Part shown: positions 59,582-64,000 of the stretch, piece by piece | How the letters are laid out: each line of letters starts with the position of its first letter | Numbering within the stretch: the stretch's first letter is position 1 | DNA from: an uncultured Verrucomicrobiae bacterium | GTDB lineage: Bacteria; Verrucomicrobiota; Verrucomicrobiia; Chthoniobacterales; JAFAMB01 | NCBI GenBank assembly: GCA_963762565.1 | Contig: CAVXLD010000005.1 | Span: forward strand, 64,001 to 128,000 | DNA length: 64,000 nt | Reading direction: 5' to 3' | The notes under the pieces: generated by a model | What the model saw: only the letters and a program-made list of their open reading frames with translations | What the model was told of the DNA's origin: nothing | Databases searched by the model: none | Translations under genes and position numbers: made by a program

Positions 59582-62008
59582 ATGCAGACATTTCTTCAGG
59601 ACATTCGATTCGGAATCCGCAGGTTCAGAAAAGATCCGGCTTTTATGGTGGTGACGATTGTCACGTTGGCTCTGGGAATCGGTGCAACCAGCGCGATTTT
59701 CAGCGTCGTTAACGGGGTGCTGCTCCGGCCGCTTCCGTTTCCCCATTCGGAACGGGTGGTGATGCTGATGGAGCAAACCAAAGCCTTTCCGAGGCTTTCA
59801 GTCTCTTACCAGAACTTTGTCGATTGGCGGGCCAGAGCGCAATCCTTCGAATCAGTGGCCGCGGTTCGGAACGCTGTAGTCACACTAAGCGGGGCGGGCG
59901 AGCCGGAACGGTTACCTGCTCAAATGACGACCGCTAATCTCTTTAGTACGCTGGGCATCGACATAACCGAGGGCCGCCCTTTTACCGCGGAAGAAGATCG
60001 AGCCGGTGGTCCGGGTGTAGTGCTGATCAGCCATGGTTTGTGGGAAAGACGTTTCGGCGGAACGAAAGATGTCATTGGCCGATCATTAACGCTGGATAAC
60101 AAACCGTACACGGTTATTGGAGTGTTACCTCCGGGCTACCAGGTCTTACTTCAAATGCCGGACGTCGTGCTGCCATTTGAACCCTGGGCAAAGACCCTTC
60201 CCGATGACCGGGCATGGCATCCCGGGATTGTTCCTATTGCCCGACTCAAACCGGGAGTTTCGTTGGAACAAGCTCGCAGCGAAATGACCGTTATCGCTAA
60301 AGCGCTGGAAAAACAGTATCCGGTTTACGACACGGGCACGGGTGCATTCGTAAACCTGATTCAAGACCAGATGGTGGAGAACGCCCGTCCGGCTCTCCTG
60401 GTGTTATTAGGAGCAGTCGGGTTGGTCTTGCTGATCGCTTGTACCAACGTCGCCAATCTATTGTTAGCGAACTCTGCTGGACGTCACCAGGAATTCGCAG
60501 TGCGTCGCGCCATCGGCTCCAGCCGGTTCCGGATCTTTCGTCAATTACTAACGGAAAGTATCCTGTTATCGATTGCCAGCGCAGTATTGGGGTTATTGCT
60601 GGCCTGGGCCGCAGTCCCGGTCTTGGTCGGACTGGCGGGACCGAGTTTACCTTTTGGTAACCGGGTTTCAATTGATTGGTCGGTCCTGTTATTCACTATC
60701 GCCGTGGCGACCTTTGCCGGCATTTTGTTTGGGTTAGCGCCATTACGTTACGTCATCCGGATGGGCGTGCCCGAGACCTTGAACGTCGCGGTAAAAGGCG
60801 GTGCAACCCGTAGCGCATCCATGATGCGGGCTGGGTTAGTGATAACGCAGATTGCCGTAGCCGTCCTTTTACTGGTAGGCGCCGGACTATTGCTGCACAG
60901 CTTTGAGCGCTTGGTTGCAGTTGCTCCCGGATTCAGCCCGGATCACATCTTGATCGCGGATATTCCGTTATCACCAAATTCACATAGCAAACCGAACGAG
61001 CGGGTGGACTTTTACGAGCGCATACTGGAGCAGACGGCGACGTTGCCAGGCGTTAGTGCTGCCGCTGCTTCCTCGGTTGTGCCATTGAGCCCGACGGCCT
61101 CGGCTTTATACTTCAATATTCGGGGACGGCCACCCCTAAACAACCAATATTCACTCGCCAATTATCGGGCGGTTAGTCCGAACTATTTCGGGGCGATGCG
61201 AATTCCATTACAACAAGGCCGTTTGTTCCAGGACACGGATCGGGAAAATCATCCGCCAACGGTGATCATCAATAGCACGTTCGCCCGGACTTTTTTCGGT
61301 AATCAATCACCGCTGGGACAATACATGCAAGTTGGCGGGCTGCCGGATGATGAAGTTCCCTGGATGGAAATCGTGGGGATAGTAGGGGACGTGAAACAAG
61401 CGTTAAGCGGTGAAGCACCGGCCGAGTATTATATTCCTTACCGGCAGGTAGACGGCGTATTACCGGTCCAGTTTCTGTCGCTGGTTGTACGTACGGAAAG
61501 TAACCCGCAAGCGTTGGCGAAGTCGGTGGAACGCGTGGTGCATCAGATTGATCCGAATCAGCCGGTGACAAAGATCCGCAGCATGGAAGACAATATTGCG
61601 GATTCGATTTCCGAGCCGCGTTTTCGGACGGTGTTGTTAACGCTTTTTGCGGGGATCGCACTGGCCTTAGCTGGGATCGGCATTTTCAGCGTCATGGCTT
61701 ACACGGTAACCCAGCAGACGCGCGAGATCGGCGTCCGGGTGGCTCTGGGAGCTTCCCGCAGCCAGATTTTCAGTCTGACGCTTGGTTATACGATACGTCT
61801 GACCGTGATCGGTATGATACTGGGATTGGCAGCTTCATTTCTGCTAACTCGGTATGTGGCCGCCTTTTTGTTCCAGGTACCAAGTTATGACCTGATTACC
61901 CTGACCGGCACAGCGCTGGTTATCGTGGCGGTCGCGATTGCGGCGTCCTATATGCCGGCTCGCCGGGCTACTGGGATCGATCCAGCGAAGGCGTTAAGGC
62001 AGAACTAG
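59582..62008 (+). CDS. MacB/FtsX-type duplicated ABC permease (ADOP-like)
   Basis: QDIRFGIR, LALGIGATSAIFSVVNGVLL, LLIACTNVANLLL and TREIGVRVALGA; no adjacent ATPase. Confidence 0.93.
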   Translation: MQTFLQDIRFGIRRFRKDPAFMVVTIVTLALGIGATSAIFSVVNGVLLRPLPFPHSERVVMLMEQTKAFPRLSVSYQNFVDWRARAQSFESVAAVRNAVVTLSGAGEPERLPAQMTTANLFSTLGIDITEGRPFTAEEDRAGGPGVVLISHGLWERRFGGTKDVIGRSLTLDNKPYTVIGVLPPGYQVLLQMPDVVLPFEPWAKTLPDDRAWHPGIVPIARLKPGVSLEQARSEMTVIAKALEKQYPVYDTGTGAFVNLIQDQMVENARPALLVLLGAVGLVLLIACTNVANLLLANSAGRHQEFAVRRAIGSSRFRIFRQLLTESILLSIASAVLGLLLAWAAVPVLVGLAGPSLPFGNRVSIDWSVLLFTIAVATFAGILFGLAPLRYVIRMGVPETLNVAVKGGATRSASMMRAGLVITQIAVAVLLLVGAGLLLHSFERLVAVAPGFSPDHILIADIPLSPNSHSKPNERVDFYERILEQTATLPGVSAAAASSVVPLSPTASALYFNIRGRPPLNNQYSLANYRAVSPNYFGAMRIPLQQGRLFQDTDRENHPPTVIINSTFARTFFGNQSPLGQYMQVGGLPDDEVPWMEIVGIVGDVKQALSGEAPAEYYIPYRQVDGVLPVQFLSLVVRTESNPQALAKSVERVVHQIDPNQPVTKIRSMEDNIADSISEPRFRTVLLTLFAGIALALAGIGIFSVMAYTVTQQTREIGVRVALGASRSQIFSLTLGYTIRLTVIGMILGLAASFLLTRYVAAFLFQVPSYDLITLTGTALVIVAVAIAASYMPARRATGIDPAKALRQN

Positions 62009-62230
62009 TGCAAGGTGAGAGGTGATTAGTGATTAGTGATTGGTGATTGGGGGGCGATCAGGGGAGGGCGCGCGTCCCCGCGCCGCGAGGACGTGCCACA
62101 ACCTAAACGCGTATTTTCGTCCGCGATCGCAACATATCCTCGGCTTCGGTAACAATCCGGCGGCTGCCGGACGGGGACGCGATCCCTCCCGGGCGATGGG
62201 CGAAGGCCGGATTCGACGACGAGAACGCAG
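62009..62230. repeat. Heptamer array followed by a GGGAGGG element (62062-62190)
   Basis: TGCAAGG-TGAGAGG-TGATTAG x2-TGATTGG x2 directly after the stop. Confidence 0.88.
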
Positions 62231-62254
62231 GCCCCGAACGGCGCCATCCTACGA

Positions 62255-63151
62255 CTAATACCCGATTTCCTGTTTGGCCACAGCGCAGTGGCTGCGGGTG
62301 AGGTTCAGCGCCGCGTTCAATGTTTCGATCCGGTCGATCATCACGCTCCAGTCCACATAATCTGTACGCAGCTTCCACCAGATCGCCAACCAGCCGCGCG
62401 GGACAGTCAATCGTGTTCTGACCTCAGCGAGAACTTGCGGCTGGTTGTAAGCCTCGATCAAAGCCAGCGAACACGGCACCCATTGTTCCGCAGAAACACA
62501 TCCCATCAAATCCTGGAGAAAGACAAGTAGATCGTCGGCGTGTCTTTCGACCGCCGGCAGGGACTTATCGTGGATCAGCTCAAAATCAATGAGCCGGGCC
62601 TGGTCAGACTCGAGGTCGTAAAGCAGGTTTTCAAGATGCGGATCTCCATGAGACCAATAATCGCCGAGTTGGCTGCACCGGAGGCCATGCGCTCGACGCA
62701 ATTCTTTGCCAGCCGCTTGGATCGCCTGGATAGCAAACGGCGAATCAGTGACCCATTCTCGCAGACTTTTTCCCGGCACGATTCCTACGCATACGGTGCG
62801 TCTGCCTTCAGAGAAGACTTGGAGAGACCGACCGTACAACAGACGGAAACAACCAACTTCCCAGGATTGCCATTTTTTGAGGTCGATCCACAGATGGATG
62901 CGAGCTCGAGCGACAAAAAAGAAAAGATTCGCGAAAACGGCGATCAACCCACTACCCAGCTGCCGCCGTTTAATCCACATTAGACAGTTACCGCGTTTTT
63001 CTCGGCTGATCGCGTTGACTTTGATTGATTCGATCGTACTCGCCAATCTGGATAAAGCGTCTAGGCGGGCGCGTCTGATTGTCTGCGCACAATATGGGAG
63101 GATTCTGAGACCACACAAAAAGGAACGCCTCTTCCTATTCACTGAGAACAT
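62255..63151 (-). CDS. Hypothetical protein with protein-kinase-like (APH/Kdo-kinase-type) motifs
   Basis: WIKRR, HGDPHLENLL and LIDFE; start uncertain. Confidence 0.65.
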   Translation of the reverse strand: MFSVNRKRRSFLCGLRILPYCAQTIRRARLDALSRLASTIESIKVNAISREKRGNCLMWIKRRQLGSGLIAVFANLFFFVARARIHLWIDLKKWQSWEVGCFRLLYGRSLQVFSEGRRTVCVGIVPGKSLREWVTDSPFAIQAIQAAGKELRRAHGLRCSQLGDYWSHGDPHLENLLYDLESDQARLIDFELIHDKSLPAVERHADDLLVFLQDLMGCVSAEQWVPCSLALIEAYNQPQVLAEVRTRLTVPRGWLAIWWKLRTDYVDWSVMIDRIETLNAALNLTRSHCAVAKQEIGY

Positions 63152-63335
63152 TGATTCTTGTTGTAACGGATGATAAGAGACCGTTAGGAAGCAGGGACTT
63201 ACTCACCTGAGTCCGTAGGCGTTAAGGCGATATCGTGCGGAGCTGGGAGCGACAGCTAAACAACAATTCCTCTTTGAACTGATTGATAATGTAGTTGTAT
63301 CTCAAATGTTACAATATTGTAACAAAGTCAACTAA

Positions 63336-63977
63336 TCAATGCCACACCAAAGAGGTAAGGGTAAAGACAAGTAAAATTGCAACAATCGCTAACGCGACCC
63401 GCCATTCACCGAGTGTCGGTTTCCAGTCAAATGCTATTTTTTCTGCTCCTGACCACGGAGTCAGTCGCGGAAGAAGCCGCGGTACATTCTGACAGTATTC
63501 TTCGTATTGGTGCCCGAAAGTTCGTGTTAAGAACTGTTCTTCGGCTGGGATAACCGCAAAGTAAAAGACCGCGAAGACCGCAAAGTATGGAATGAGAGCG
63601 ATCCAGCTCGATAGCAGACCTACCATGCCTAACCCTATGAGCATGCTCCCAAGGTAGATCGGGTTCCGCACAAAACTATAGAGGCCGCCCGTTGACAGCC
63701 GTGGCGCTTCGATTTGTTCCGTCCGGGTGTGGCGCCCGGCAAAGCCATCCGCCAGTGAGCGTATCCCTAGGCCCAGTAAGACGAGAATTGCGGACAAGAC
63801 CTTCCAAGCCGGCCAATCATTCCATTGCGGCCGAGCTCTAATCAAGAAAGCTGCCAGAAACGCGATAGTCAGTCCGAACAACAAGCGATGGGCGAAAAAT
63901 TTCCGACCCACCATTATTGCGAATCGTTTCCATGAACGGGCCGGCCCAGACGATCGCTGCTCAATCTCCGGCGTCAT
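63336..63977 (-). CDS. Isoprenylcysteine carboxyl-methyltransferase / PEMT family membrane protein
   Basis: GLGIRS, GLYSFVRNPIYLG, EEQFL...FG.QYEEY...VPR. Confidence 0.9.
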   Translation of the reverse strand: MTPEIEQRSSGPARSWKRFAIMVGRKFFAHRLLFGLTIAFLAAFLIRARPQWNDWPAWKVLSAILVLLGLGIRSLADGFAGRHTRTEQIEAPRLSTGGLYSFVRNPIYLGSMLIGLGMVGLLSSWIALIPYFAVFAVFYFAVIPAEEQFLTRTFGHQYEEYCQNVPRLLPRLTPWSGAEKIAFDWKPTLGEWRVALAIVAILLVFTLTSLVWH

Positions 63978-64000
63978 GTAAAACAGATAGCCACAGATAG

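Noticed and set aside
1..64000. Autonomous transposase, integrase, prophage, tRNA or rRNA genes
   Set aside because: No ORF with DDE, HUH/Y1, tyrosine/serine recombinase or phage motifs, and no tRNA/rRNA-like sequence recognised by eye.

Overview
Bacterial chromosomal segment of moderately high GC. The protein styles (outer-membrane barrel with an 'AGPTETSSKEV' N-terminus, ADOP-type orphan permease) suggest a soil Verrucomicrobiota/Chthoniobacterales-like organism, but this is inference. About 45 mostly accessory or metabolic genes: a LacI-controlled sugar ABC operon with a GH116 glycosidase, an RND efflux pair with HxlR, a cytochrome c/PQQ-type sugar dehydrogenase fusion, a secreted His-rich 18-residue repeat protein, two frameshifted tandem-ACT paralogues, MgtC, a stand-alone GH94-like phosphorylase, cls, mlaEFDCA, a P450, a cyclase, an amidase, an FAD monooxygenase, GntR plus a DUF5808-type protein, a translationally coupled pair of MutS-domain-V ATPases, and several oxidoreductases. 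I recognised no rRNA, tRNA, CRISPR array or transposase. The most striking signal is non-genic. Almost every intergenic space holds a nested hierarchy of tiny repeats: stop-codon-initiated heptamer arrays, 8-10-nt inverted arrays, REP/REPIN-like palindromes, and 22- and ~30-nt mini-hairpins inserted into other repeats. These repeats supply stop codons for many genes, sit in-frame inside intact enzymes (GH94, P450, GH116 tail), appear to have built the MlaC signal peptide, and abut three pseudogenes.
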